From Octopus bimaculoides (lineage: Eukaryota), in the NCBI RefSeq assembly GCF_001194135.2, contig NC_068988.1:73282008-73346007 (forward strand): a DNA stretch of 64,000 nt. Reading direction: 5' to 3'. The stretch's first letter is position 1; each line of letters begins with the position of its first letter. The notes below the pieces were generated by a model that saw nothing but the letters and a program-made list of their open reading frames with translations, had not been told where the DNA came from and searched no databases. Of the stretch, positions 50,620 to 64,000 are shown piece after piece. Made by a program: the position numbers and the translations under genes.

Positions 50620-51140
50620 AACCCCACAAAACCACTGTCACTCTCTCAGCAAGGGAATGTACCTTCTCCCTGTTATCCTCCTTCAGTCTATGGGCAGATG
50701 CTCATTTTAGGCCTGTTCACTTGGATCATGTTCACCATCGTCATTGACCTTTCAACAAACTTACTAGAAGACTGCACTTTCCTTTTCAAGTGAAACTTGT
50801 AAAAAGCTGATGAGGGCTTGGCCAAACAGGAAGAAGTCTATCTTCAGTCATTTCAGTCTGGTCCACCACACAATCTCTTTTGCCAAGGTCATCATACAAA
50901 CACTGCCTATCCTTCCTGGCCAAAAGAAGGCAGCAAGACAGTCTTCACTAGAGATTCAACTGGAAGCCACATAAACTCACAAGTCAGCAATGCTTGGGCA
51001 GTGGATGAGTGCATGTAGAACAGTTTCGTCACTCTCCATGCATCTTGGGCAGGCCTAGACGATGGGACTTCCATGCCCTATAGGCACTAATAGCCCTGTC
51101 AGGCAAAGGATTTTTGAAAATTATCCATGGGCCCCAACCA
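50620..51140 (-). mobile_element. L1/Tx1-clade LINE C-terminal remnant
   Basis: Minus translation ACPRCMESDETVLHALIHCPSIADL is a CCHC zinc knuckle typical of L1/Tx1 ORF2 ends. Confidence 0.7.
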
Positions 51141-51679
51141 ACTAATTTGACATTTCTAAATTTAGTAATGTATCATTCCATGAAGTCATATAAATTCTGA
51201 CATGATGCCTGCATACAATGAATTGTAAGCTCATGAATATCGACATCAAATAGAGAATCACAAGCAGAAATTCTCTTGTAGGAGAGAATGTAGTGTCATA
51301 TCCAGTCTGTCTTATCTCTGTCTTCATTTCTCAATCATTTCCCTATATCAGGTTCATTCCACTAATCCTTTTACTTAATAATGCTCTTATTTCATGACAA
51401 GTAACTTTCTATTATAATTTTACAATCCTATGATACCACGTTTGTGCCGTTTAATAAAAGTTTAATAAAAGTTGAACATAAGCACCTGACCACCACAATC
51501 CAGTACTGACATATACCACTTTAATTCAGAATTAGGCAATTATCTGTAAACATATTCATAGTATTGAGATAAACATTCCTGAGTTGAATATTCATTGACA
51601 CTGTAATACCTTAACATGACTCACTGAGATGCATACCCACTTTAAAGTTTTGATTACCTGCTTGATTATCATTATTATC

Positions 51680-51870
51680 ATCTTTTAACATCCATGTTCC
51701 ATATTTGCATAGATTGGATGGCTTGACAAGACCCAATGGATCTGAAGATTGCATTGTGCCCCAATGTTTGCTTTGGCATGGTTTCTACAGCTGTATGCCC
51801 TTCTAAATGCCTTCTACTTTACAGAGTGTACTGGGTGCTTTTTTGTATGGAACCAGAACTAGTGAGGTGG
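51680..51870 (-). mobile_element. RTE 3' UTR terminus
   Basis: TCATCTTTTAACATCCATGTTCC...CTACAGCTGTATGCCCTTCTAAATGCC. Confidence 0.7.
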
Positions 51871-52049
51871 CCATTTAGCCTGCAAGACTAAGAACCCTTT
51901 CAGCTGATGGGACTACAGTAGAGTGGCAGGTTGCTTTATGCTAAGATATGAGGAGTTAAAGTATGAGAGAAGAAGCCAGAAGAGAATATGGATGCTTACA
52001 TTATAGAAGAGAAGGTGGGAGTAACAATGAAGCTAGGGCTGGGTACCAT

Positions 52050-53070
52050 GAAAACATTCAATACATACAAAAAGCAAGCATAAGCAATGCTGGTAATCCT
52101 TACAACTGCGATGCACATCGTATACCACCACAACGTTACTGTTTGAGAACTCACTCAGATAAATTATACAGGCCAGAAAGAATTGGTCATATCAATGAAC
52201 TACCAACGCAAAATCATAGACACATGTGACATAATAATTCAACTTCTTGTTCCAATCCTGTACAACACTCTCGATCAAATAAACCTAACAACAGGTATAG
52301 GAATCAGGATGTCCTCCGGTTCAGCCCAAGTTTCGGTTTGTATGTTTCAACCAAGATTGCTGGAAAATATTTTGCTGCTTTGGACAGGTGTTTTCCTAAA
52401 TCTAATTGGTATCATGCTATTTTTAATCAACACACCATGAAGGTATCCTATGCCAGCTCTGCTAATTTAGAGCAGCTTATGCATCGCATAAACAATAGCA
52501 AAATGGAGCAAAGGTTCAATAACTCACGTACTGGATCTAGTGAACATTTGCATCTAAATACCAACCAAGAAGATGTAAACCGCATTGATAAACACCAACT
52601 ATGACCAATTTGTAGTAGCAGAAATACTCATGGTACAGCTAGCACAGTAACAACACCAGTTAATGGAGTCAGGACTACCTTATATACAAATAAATACGAT
52701 AAATGCTCATGCATTAATATGTCCTTTGATGAATCTCTGTATGAGTACAAATCTTGTATATAAATGTACCATGCACACAAGGGGAGGGCCCTATGTTTAC
52801 ATTGGGCAGATGGCTGACTCATTTAAGAATCGTTATCATAACCATGTTGCCAGCTTTAAGACAATCAATAAGAGACATTCAACATCTTTGGCAGATTTTG
52901 TATGGTGACTGAAGGAGGATAAAACAAAGTACAGCATTAATTGGTCCATAGTAAGGTATGCAAAACCATACAATATAATTTCCATGCGTTGCCATCTCCA
53001 CTCTGAGGAATCCCTGTCTATTCTGTAGACTAATAAGAAGATAATTAATAGAATGTCTGAATGACTCACG
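52050..53070 (+). mobile_element. Penelope-like element thumb + GIY-YIG remnant
   Basis: STKIAGKYFAALDRCFP...IFNQHTMKVSYAS; CPLMNLC..NLVYKC...YIGQMADSFKNRYHNHVASF...STSLADFVW. Confidence 0.85.
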
Positions 53071-53999
53071 AGAAGACTACATGCATATAGATGTACTTTT
53101 GCACAATGCAGTGAGAATGAATTATGAGTAACTGTTAAATTAATTCAATTTAATTAAAAAGGTATGGATGACTTAAGTTTACTTTGAACCTCCCCATTCT
53201 CATAAGCACCAAGTAACTAACTTGCTTTGTGATCATGAGTGCACCAAACCTTACATGTGTGTATGCTCAAATCTTTGTGGATGCTTGTATGAGTGAGTTT
53301 ACTCACTCCTTGCACTTCCCTGAGGGCCTTTCTACATCCATATCTGTTAATGGTTATTTTAGAAACTTTTTGCACGGAAACAGTGTAAGAGATAAGAGAT
53401 TTCTCCGGGCTCACATTAGGGAAGAAGTTGAAAATTTGAATGAAATCTGTTGGGTTGTTCTCAACTTTTTGTGATGCACACATACAGATAGAGCAACAAA
53501 CACATGCTCAGTTTTATATATATAGATGAATATATTCCTGTAACATGCATTGTTACTACTAAAGACATAAGAAATGAGAAACTAGTGTGGTTTTCTGTTG
53601 CTTTTATCATCCTTATAAGTGGATGTGAATTCAGCACCACAAATTAACAAGAGTGTGACATTTGCAATGAAAGTGAAGTGAAATAATTTCAATCAAGAAT
53701 TGAAATAACATTCTGTCAGGAGGAGTTTACATCTTGCCTTATGTTTCTCATCACATGCTTTCACTTATAAGCAAGGATTCTTTTTATCACTGGTTCATTT
53801 TTAGCTTTTTGCTGGTACTTATTTTATTGATTTCTGAAGAATGAAAAGAAAAAAACAATGTCAGGATTGAATCATAATGTTCTTGTCACTAATATTAACA
53901 AATATGCAAACCAAAAGTATGCAAGTTGTTTTATGTTGTTAAACATAAACTATGGATTTAGTGTATTACAAGATAACCTACTGATGGTGACAAACTGAA

Positions 54000-56030
54000 T
54001 CTGTACCAGGAGCAAAGCTTCAACCAGACCAAAGGTGACATGGTGGTGGAAAAGTGAGGTTGACAAGGTCATAGAAGAGAGGAGATATGTTTGTAAATAA
54101 TGAAAAAATGGAGGTGGCAAAGAACTATATGGGGTAGCTAAAAGGCAAGCTAGGTGACCAGAAAGGAAAAGATTTGCTGATGTCTCACAGCATGAGGATC
54201 AGAGATGTAAGGTGTTCCAGTTTGCTTAGACAGTGTATCAAAGTGAATCGAGATGTTGTGGATGAGAAGTGTGTACAGATGGATAATGGTATGCTTGCAC
54301 TTAGTGATTCTGAAAAGAAAGAAGTCTGGAAGTGTTACTATGAAAGGCTGCTAAATGTGGAGAATGCATGAGTGAAAGGGAGTCTTCCCAATGTGAAACC
54401 AACAGAGGGACCAGATATCCTAGTTGACAGCAGTATGATAGATAAGGCAATTAAAAATATGGAGACAAGGAAAGCCTCTTGTCCATTGCGAATTACCACA
54501 ATGATGTTTAAGATATCTAATGGATAGGGATAGAGTAGTCACTGAGTAATTAAACAAGTTATTCAAGAATGTGTCATCATCAATGACTGGCATAGTAGCA
54601 TTATAGTCAGCTGTTACAAGGGTAAAGGAGATGCCTTAGATAGAGGTAATTACAGTAGTATCATATTTCTGAACTAGGTCATGAAAATTACTGGAAGAAT
54701 TATAGCCAAATTAATTAGAAACAGAATTAGATTAGATGAAATGCAGTTTGTTTTTATCCTGGGCACAAGTAATACTGATTACTATTTTCTTAATCAGACA
54801 ACTGCAAGAGAAATATTTAGCTAAGAGTAAATCTTTATACATGGCATTTGTAAAAGCAAGAGAAAACCTTTGATAAAGTCCCTTGCTCTGTGATATGGTG
54901 GTCACTGAGGAAGCTGAGGGTAGACAAATGGCTTGTGAAAACTGTACAGGCCATGTACAGGGGTGCTGTCAGTGAGGTGAGAGTTAGCCATGAGTACAGT
55001 GATGAATTTAGTGTACAAGTAGGAGTTCACCAGGGCTCACTTCTCAGTCCCATCCTATTCATCTTTGTCCTTCAGACCATAACTGAGGAATTCAAGATTA
55101 GCTGCCCCTCGGGACTACTATATTCTGATGATCTTGTTCTCATAGTGGAATCTGTAACTGACTTATAAATTCCATGTGTAGAAGCAGTTAACTGAAGCAG
55201 TAGACTGAAGTTCTAGTAAGCAGAAAAATAGATGGGATGCTACCCTCTTCAGGTAAATGGCCCTGCTCAATATATAAGAAAGGTTTAAGCAGAAATTCCA
55301 TGTGGTGTACTCAGTGCAAACTATGGACACAAAAGAGGTGCAGTGGAATTGCAGGAAGGTTAATAGAGAAAGTACTTTTTGTATGTGGAAGATAAACAGG
55401 TGCCATGAAGTCCAAGGTCAAATAAAAGTTGATTTTCTCAAATGCCTTGGAGGCTCCCTAGAAGAAATAGATAATTTCTGTTACCTAGATGACCTAACTA
55501 GCAGTGGAGGAGGATGTTATGAAAGTGTAGTTGCAAGAATAAGACTAGGACAGAATAAGTTCAGAGAGCTATTACGTATGTTGGCAACAAAAGTTCTCTC
55601 ATTCCAAGTGAAAGGCAGATTGTATGATGCTTGTGTATACACAGCAATGCTGCATTGTAGTGAGACATGGGCCCTGAATGTAAAGAACATGCAAAGACCA
55701 GAGAGGAATGAAGCCTGTGCACTCTGCTGGATGTGCAATGCTATTGTGCATGTATGACAAAGTGCAAATGTATTGAGATATAGGTGAGGTATAAGGGGAA
55801 TTAGGTGTACTGTGCAAGAGAGAGGACTACATTGGTTTGGTCATGTGATGTGTATGGATGGGGGAAGTTGCATAAAGAAGTGTTGATTGGTTGAAATGGA
55901 TGGAACTTATGAAAGAAGAAGACTCAAGAAGCCACAGGATAATGTATTGAAGGTTGATTATATAAGGCTGAACATTATCGAGGAGATGACAAAGGCCTGC
56001 AATGATTGACATTTTACTGTGCTCAAGAAG
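54000..56030 (+). mobile_element. RTE LINE (RT to C-terminus), degraded
   Basis: WKCYYERLLNVENA; WLVKTVQAMY...GVHQGSLLSPILF...LLYSDDLVL; FCYLDD; KGRLYDACVYTAMLHCSETW. Confidence 0.92.
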
Positions 56031-56086
56031 ACCCCCCCCCCCACATTACAATGCAGATGATATTGTATGATATTAGTCTGCTTGTA

Positions 56087-56266
56087 TGAGGGGGTGCTGA
56101 AAAGTTCGTGGCTTTGGATAAAATAAAGTACAGGAGGATCAGTTAATTATGATTTTATTCAACATATTTCCCTCTCAGATTCACACACTTATTGCAGCAA
56201 TCCTTCAGTTTTTCTAGCCCTGTAAAAGACTAGGTTTTTCGCCAGAAGCTTTTCAGCACCCCTTCA
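56087..56266. mobile_element. 180-bp mariner-derived MITE with TA TSD
   Basis: TA|TGAGGGGGTGCTGAAAAGTTC ... GAAGCTTTTCAGCACCCCTTCA|TA. The TIR resembles the left end of the mariner at 967. Confidence 0.88.
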
Positions 56267-57089
56267 TACGAGTGTGGGGCCCTATAACCTTCTTCTTTCC
56301 CCTCTCTCTAAGACATCAAGCATTACCCCACATTTTCATCCCTCCTCTATCTACTATAGTCACCTAGGAGCAAAACTAGCACGTATTACATGGTCACCAC
56401 ACTCTGGAACTACTTCTATTCCTCATCTTCCCAAACCACATTATTTCTATCAATCATCTCTTTTCTGTGCCTTCAGCCATTGCTATTTCTCTCCTCTTCT
56501 ATACTCCATTCTAAACAACTCTTATCTTCTATCATCCTCAATAACCACCCATGTCTACCATCATGACCCACCTACTATAGCCCCTTGTGTACTCCTATAT
56601 CTCCCACTCCGCTGCTCCTACACCTTGCACATCATCCCACTGCTTTTGTTCTATTCTGTTCCTGGAGAGCCACTTCCATATCTCTCACCTTACCCCTCTA
56701 CATACAGGTATTTCCCTCCTGCCCTTATTCATCACTCACTACATTAATCTCTACTTCCACCTATTTATTCCTCCTTCACACTCTTATGAAAGTATCTACC
56801 TTTTCCTCCTCTCCAATGACCCAGTGTCCATATTCTCTCTTATGCTCACCTTGTACCTTGAGGGTTTACATCCCATCATTACTTTCCTCTTATCTCCTTT
56901 AGGCATGTATCTTCTTTCTAGCAAGACACTTGTGCTTGTCCCTCTATCATACTTTAGCCTTTCAACATCTGGCATAAATCCACCCACTTCCACCTTCCTT
57001 CTCAAATACTTCCTCTTAATAGTGGGAACTTCCCTTTCCTTTTTCCCTGTTCTTTTCTGTTTTGTGCCTTAGATGGCAAACTGACTAGT

Positions 57090-57280
57090 GTTAGAAGCAT
57101 GAAAAAAGTACCTAGTACACTGTGTAAAGTCATTGGCACTAGGAAGGACATCAAGCCATAGAAACTATGCCAAAGAGAACTTTGGAGCTCAACATGGCCT
57201 TGCAGATTGTCAGTTTTCATCAAACTATCCATTCCTTGCCAGCATGGAAAGCAGATGTTAAATGATGATAATGATGATTT
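57090..57280 (+). mobile_element. RTE 3' UTR terminus with (ATG)n tail
   Basis: AGTACACTGTGTAAAGTC..AGGAAGGACATC..GCCAGCATGGAAAGCAGATGTTAAATGATGATAATG. Confidence 0.75.
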
Positions 57281-57488
57281 AATTTTGTAAAAAAAAACTC
57301 TGTATAGTAGTGTCATAAAATCAGTTGACTTAATAGGGTTAAATTTATAATATTGTCATTGAGAAGATCGACCAAAAGAATAATGGCTTATTCCTTTATT
57401 AATGAAACTAAATATACTGAAAGTATTTATAACTGTATTAAAATGGCACCATTGATGGCCTATAAATAGCAACAGTGAAACAGTGAGT

Positions 57489-57580
57489 GCTATAGTGCAG
57501 AAGCTAGTGAAGGCTATAGTGCAAGAAGCTAGTGAAGGCGATAGTGCAAGAAGCTAGTGAAGGCTATAGTGCAAAAAGCT
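57489..57580. repeat. Minisatellite, ~25-bp unit x ~3.7
   Basis: GCTATAGTGCAAGAAGCTAGTGAAG repeated head to tail. Confidence 0.9.
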
Positions 57581-58340
57581 AATTTATTTCACCAATGTCC
57601 TCAGAAAGCATCAACATCAATATCCCAGTTTCCTCCTGCATACTTATGTTGCCTTATACTAACACATAACCAAACTAATAAAATCCTAACAGTCCACTGC
57701 TATTCATTGTTTTTATCTATTTGTTTGTTTGCTTATTACTTTTGGAAAGAGAAAAATATGACAAAGCAAAATTACTTCCTATCTCAGCTATATCTGTCCT
57801 TCACTTATAACATGCAAGAAAGTGTAATTCAAACTTGTGCCTCAAGGAATCTGAACAAAATTTGAACATTATTTTAGTATTAAGGAAAAAAATCCTTAAT
57901 TACCAACATACCATCTGTTTATAGTATTGAAATGGTTATTATTTTGTTCAAAGGGTTTAGAATTGCTCCCCTGCATTATTTATCTTTGAATAGAAATAGT
58001 CTGTTCAATCGATTCATAACAAATATCATGGTGAATTAATGCTCTGACTTGATTAAAACAATACTGGCAATAACAAAATGGTTTATGTAAGATAATACAT
58101 ATTCTAATTACATAGGTCTTATCATGATTACATTGCATGTTAAAGCCATCATACAAGGCTTTATTCCTCTGTAATCAAGTTTTTTTTTTTAATAATCATA
58201 TTTTGTGAAAATTTGAATAGTTGTAGGAAGATGTGAAATCGCTTTAGACTTTGAAATAAGGTGAGAGTTTTTTTTTATGAGGAAACTAGCTATTTATCTG
58301 CATTTAGAAATCTTGTCAACTATAGAAAAATGAAAGAGCA

Positions 58341-59305
58341 TGTAGTGAAACCACCTCTCTCGGGTATATATTTACAAATGCGAACATAGCGGGTAACATC
58401 TAGCCTTCGGCCTACCTTGGACCCTGCTGTGTCCATCACCCTGATTGGCTCTTATTTGCGTGGCATTTGTCTCCAGTTCTGTTTCGCACCAGGGTGAACA
58501 TCAACCAATCGTGGCCTTCTGATAAGGTCACGTGAGAGAGTGGTTTTCTGCTGTTTCTGGAGCCCCTTTTGCTCCATAAATAAGCCTGTTTTATCCACAC
58601 CAGTTTGTTTCGGCTTTAGACCTCTCTGAGGTCTGGTCGTTTGACCACACACTAACCAGCTAGTTTCCAGTGACGACGTCAACACCACCGTTCTACTGTC
58701 TAGTACAGTCTCGTCGCCAGTGCCAACACGACGCCACTAGTACACACTACCAACGACAACTGCGGTTCCATCTCAACACTATTTGTGTGGATTGTTTCCA
58801 CCACGAAAGAACAGCCAGAACAACCTGCGAGAATCTTCTGTACCAAGTAACTGGTCACAGCATCGAAGCCTCAACTTCACTCACGACATGTGACACTTCA
58901 GCTCTGCTATTCGGCCACAATATCTTATGTACAAACATTCTATCTACTATGAACTGGTATTTCCCTATCTTTGTGTTCAGGACGCTTATTCTCTATGTTA
59001 TGGACTCTTATTCCATGCTCTGTATTTCTCATTCACTCACTCACACATATTATGTATACACACTCTTGTACACGAAGGCCTGTCTTATATATTGTGTCAT
59101 TATTTATATTGCCGTATGCACGCACACACAGACACACAGTTTACTACACTAATAAACTTAATCTATATATATCTTTAATGGTTGTGTCTCTCTCTTTCCT
59201 TGCTGGCATTTCCTCGCATCTCACATGCGAGTACTCTTATGTTAAATTTTATGTTTTGTGTCAACCGTGCGATGCGTTAAAAGGAGCCTCTTCCATTCGT
59301 CACCA
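58341..59305 (+). mobile_element. Putative solo LTR / CpG-richer promoter-like insert
   Basis: Starts TGTAG and could end ...CACCA. CpG-richer than flanks. GATTGG (58443), CCAAT (58505), CACGTG (~58529), ATAAATAA (~58575), AATAAA (59151). No TSD found. Confidence 0.4.
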
Positions 59306-61129
59306 TTCTCCTTTGCATATTAAAACTATTATCTATGAAGAACAAATTTTCTCAGAACATTGTGATTAATGCATTTTTAGAACTATGAAGGATGATTTCT
59401 ATGCAGCAATAACATGTTTCAGTGTAGTTTCTCAAGTATTTAGTTCTGAAAATCCATTTTCTAAGATTCTATGTCTCAGCATCAATGAATGCAAACTCCT
59501 TTTTCTCCAAGTACATTAATCTTTCCTCTTTAGGCGAACGGCAACAAAACTTTTGATAAAGTATTTCACTACAAAATTCATCGCTTTAATATGTCTGATT
59601 TCCCAATTCCATTGTAGTGTGGTCTTATCTAAGTAATTCTAGCCATATTTTCTACAGTTCATGAACTTTTCCCATTTTTCCCAAAGGAAAGTGGCTGGCA
59701 AGCTTGAATTATTTTGTAACAACTTCATATTTTAAATTCAGAACCACTCAGTAGTCTTTGTTCTTCATTTTAACAAGTAACAGTAATGTTTTGGGTTGAC
59801 TCAATTACATGTTTCTCTTATAAATATGTAGCCTTGCATTTAATGTAAGAAAATTGTTGCTTGATACAAAATTTTACATTCCAAACTTTAGAAGAGTGAA
59901 TCCATTCAACTCATTATATTTTTTTATATGATTTTAGGGTCATTGTAAATAATTAATATATGAAAATATGTTTATTTTATTTTTAAAATGTCTATGATAC
60001 ATTAATTTTCTATTTTGCAGCCCATCATCTTTTTTATATATATATAATGACTTGCAAGACAATTGCAAAATTTGGATAAGCATATTTTGTTTCAAGACTC
60101 AATATATAGTAAACACTAGTTCACTGATGTTAAAAACTATAATTTTAGGAAACCATACGTATCATAACAATCACAAGTTATTACAATAGTCAAAGGAATA
60201 TTTTGAAAATGGTATGGGTGAAACACTACTTGGATTTTACAGTGCACTTGGTGTTGTAATTAATTATACAATATTTAACAAGCAGGGCTCTTAATTCTTT
60301 TGCTCTTATTGAGATTGGTTTGAATATTCTTCAGTACTTCACTAAATAATCAAACTGCCATTCATATAGCACAGATATGTCCCTCTCATGAACAGTGTTC
60401 TTTTCATAAACATCAGCAGTTTAATAAGAATCAAGCAACCTAATTTTCTCCCTTCTCAAATGATTCAACATAACATTGCTACCATTTTATAAAATTCTAT
60501 TACGAAGAAACAGATATAGTTATTATGTGGATTAGCTTCTAATCCTAACACGTCCTCTTCTAAAGTGTTGTAGAATCCAACTCAAACAGTTCTAGTTTTT
60601 CTGTTTCTTTAGTCAATAAAAGCTTTTGTCATTACAATATCTTGTGGTGCATTTTCCATATTTCTATATCATTCTAATCAAATGCCATCTATGTTCAATT
60701 GTTAATTATTTCTAAGAAGTAGAAATAACAATTGTATGTGTGTGTACCCTTGTATAGGTGTGTGTTTTCATTTGTTTCACTCTTTTGGAGATTTCCATTA
60801 GTGTTCATTGAAAATTGTGAACACTAGCATGTCTTTTGGAACTACTTAGACCAGAAGAACCAAATATTCTTTTAGACTATTGAGTAGGGCTGTGCATCAA
60901 AATCAAGAAAATGTTCAGTGAAGAATTCAACTTGTCAAAGATGCGTTCCATTAAAATTTTAACATATACACACTGAGCTGGGAATTCTTCTTTCTAATGA
61001 TAAGTAACATTTAATATCAGAAGCAATAAAATTAATTCTACTGTAAAATTCTGTTTTTAGTATTATAAGATCTCACAACAAGAAACAAGTCATTGTATTA
61101 TTCTGCCTATTTCTTACACATTTAGAATG

Positions 61130-62410
61130 GTATGAAATATGAGAAATGTGTGGAAATGGATAATGGTATACTCGCACGTAATGATTCTGAGAAGAAAGAG
61201 GCATGGAAGTGCTACTATGAAAGTTTACCAACTCTGGAGAATGCGTGGAAGGAGAGTCAGGTGGTCTCTAAAGTTAGGAGATGACAAATGGCTTAGAGCT
61301 GTACAACCTATGTATAGGCATGTTATCTGTAAGGAGAGAGTCAACCATGAGTACAGCAATGAATTTAGTGTAGAAGTAGGAGTTTACCAGGGCCTGGTTC
61401 CTGATCCCCTCTGTGCATCATAGTCCTCCAGGCCATAACAGAGAATATTAAGATTGGCTGCCCATGGTAACTACTATATGCTGATGACCTTGCTCTTACA
61501 GCAGAATCTGTTACAGAATTGGAAAAGAAATTTCAGCTATGGAAGAAAAATCTGGAATCAAAGAGCTTTAAAGTTAACCTAGTGAAGACCAAAGTCCTAA
61601 GCAAAAAGTGGATAAAACTCCCTTTCCATCAGGGAAATGGTCCTACTCAATATGAAGGAAAGGTGTTGTAAGGAATTCCATTTGATGCAATCATTGCAAG
61701 CTATGGACACATAAGTGGTGCAACAGAATCACAGGTAGGTTAACAAAGAAAGGAGTCTTTGTATGTGGCAGATGCATAGGAACAATAAACACGAAGAACA
61801 TACAAGAATTAGATTTTCTCAAATACCCATGAGGGTCTGTAGAGATTGTAGATAGTTTCTGTTACCTAGGTGACCAACTTAGTAGAGGAGGAGGTAGTGC
61901 TGAAAGTATAGTTGCTCGAATAAGAATAGGATGCAGAAAATTCAGAGAGCTATTACCTGTGTTGGTAACAAAAGGCTTCTCTCAGAGAGAAAGGCAGATT
62001 GTATGATGCTTATGTACAAACAACTATGCTCTGTAGTAGTCAGACATGGTCCCTGAATGTGAAAACTGAATAGGAATGAGGCTATTATGCTTCAAAGGAT
62101 GGGCAACATCAGTGTGCATGTGCAAGAGAGTGCAAATATGTTGAGGGAAAAGTTAGGCATAGGATGAATCAGATGTAGCATGCAAAAGAGAAGACTATGA
62201 TGGTTTAGTCACATGATATGTATGAATGAAGACAACTGAGTCAAGAAGTACCCATCACTCAAAGTAAAAGAACTTGTGAAAGAGGGAGGCCCAAGATGAT
62301 ACAGGAAGAAGTAGTGAGAGCTGATTTCAAGGTGTTGAGTCTCATGGAGGAGATGGCTATGGACATAAATGTCTGGTGATGAGAGGTTCTTGAGAAGACC
62401 TGCCCACCAC
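61130..62410 (+). mobile_element. RTE LINE, internally deleted copy of the 54000-56030 family
   Basis: Same motif order (GTGCTACTATGAAAG...CTATATGCTGATGACC...GATAGTTTCTGTTACCTAG...AAAGGCAGATTGTATGATGC) but lacking ~0.5 kb of the RT N-half. Confidence 0.88.
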
Positions 62411-62673
62411 AGTGACACTGAGTTCTGAAATCATTGAATATGAGTTCTGAAGGCATTTGTATAATGTGTATTCCAACTATGCATTACATTAATACACCCT
62501 TCACCCAATGAACCAGACTACATCTCATGCACTATGCTTGTCTCTTCCAACCCTCTTTCTCCTGCAGCCCAACACTGCATTGTCATCTCTTTCTCTCCTG
62601 GCCTTCCCCTGCCAACTGTATCACTGCTATCCTGTCACTCCCTTATATACCCATGTTCACCTCTCACTGCATT

Positions 62674-62714
<41 letters not shown>

Positions 62715-62832
62715 ATTCTCCTTTTGTAATTTTGTGATCTCTCTGTTCACTCACCCTGTTCAGTCCTCTGTATCACACCAGTTACATTTATCCCCTTGTA
62801 CCTTGAGAGTGTGTTCTTGCACATCTTTACCA

Positions 62833-62886
<54 letters not shown>

Positions 62887-63029
62887 CGTGCCAACTGAGG
62901 TAGCCATGTATCCCTTCAACAGCAAGACAACTGTTTCTGTCCATCTATCACAGTTTAACATCTCATTACCTGGCACAAAGCTTCCTCCCTCAATACCAGC
63001 TTCTCTCAGTCAAGGGGTCTTTGTTTTGC

Positions 63030-63240
63030 AAGTACTAGGTAACTTCATTGGTGCTTTATAAAAAGCATGCAGTACACTCTGTAAAATAACTGGCAATAGG
63101 AAGGGCATCTATCCATAAAAACCATGCCAAAGCTGACAGTAGAGTTTGGTGCAGTCTTCTGGGTTACTAGCCACTGTCAAAGGTCAAACCCATGTCAGCA
63201 TGGAAAATAGACATCAAATGATGATGATGATGATGATGAC
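63030..63240 (+). mobile_element. RTE 3' UTR terminus with (ATG)n tail
   Basis: GCAGTACACTCTGTAAAA..AGGAAGGGCATC..CCCATGTCAGCATGGAAAATAGACATCAAATGATGATG. Confidence 0.78.
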
Positions 63241-64000
63241 GAAACCAACATGTTAACAATAATCTTTTCCATATAAGCTGGGTAGACAGAATTTACAGAA
63301 TGACAAATAATGTCATCTTGTATATGAGACAAATGAAGAAAGACATATCAAATATGTTCCTAAATTATGAATGCTAATCAATTGTCATAACTGCAGTAAA
63401 ATATTGGTTTCACTTTTTGGCACAAGTCCATCAAGTTCAGGAAAGGGTAAATCAATTATATTGCACCCAGTACTCATCTAGTACTTATTTTATCAACCCA
63501 GAAAGGGATGAAAGTCAAAGTTGACCTTGGCAGAATTGGAACCCAGAACGTAAAGATAGACAAAATGCCACAAAGCATTTTACCTGATTTGCTAACAATT
63601 CTGCCAGCTTGCTGCTTTACTGAAGTAAAATATTAATTTTCATATATAATTAGTCTTTTCCCAAACTTAGATACTCATAGGGATGATATTTAAGCAGTTT
63701 CCATAACATAAAGCAGATAAGATTAATTGCCTCTGAATAAGATGCAAATTTCAGTTTGGTGGCATTCTGCCCGTATTTATATACCAATAATGTATGAGAT
63801 GCAATGTGGTTCATTGAGTGAAGGGTGAATTAATGAAATGTGTAGTACACGTAATACATAGTGCTTTCAGAAAACAGTTTTTCTGAGATGGGCAGATCTT
63901 CTCAAGAACCTCATATCACCAGACATTTTTGTCCATTGTCATCTCCACCATCAGAATCAACATCTTGAAATCAACTCTCACCACTTATCTTATGTCATCT

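Noticed and set aside
56280-57060. Possible minus-strand RTE endonuclease remnant
   Set aside because: Purine/pyrimidine-skewed sequence with only hints of motifs; not confidently assignable.

Overview
A eukaryotic, AT-rich, microsatellite-saturated window with several N gaps. It is most likely from a coleoid cephalopod (Octopus-like), inferred from the SINE/RTE families and the repeat landscape. Only one host coding exon is supported: the terminal exon (13033-13220, +) of a KLF6/7 (luna)-type Kruppel-like factor, encoding zinc fingers 2 and 3. Its upstream exons lie outside the window. The rest is mostly decayed transposons: RTE LINEs, an R4/Dong-like LINE, a Tx1/L1 remnant, Penelope-like elements with hammerhead-like motifs, mariner/maT remnants, MITEs, a MULE transposase and tRNA-derived SINEs. 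No intact TE ORF was found. The most striking structure is three adjacent long fold-back inverted repeats 2.2-3.7 kb downstream of the KLF stop (15398-16895). In the largest, mismatches are mostly G.U-compatible on the gene's sense strand (hand count 9 G.U vs 1 A.C in the inner 86 bp). This makes it a candidate dsRNA / A-to-I editing / hairpin-siRNA module in a long 3' UTR. Further inverted duplications and a near-identical 210-bp templated insertion suggest recurrent template-switch events. All alignments were done by eye, so TE boundaries are approximate.
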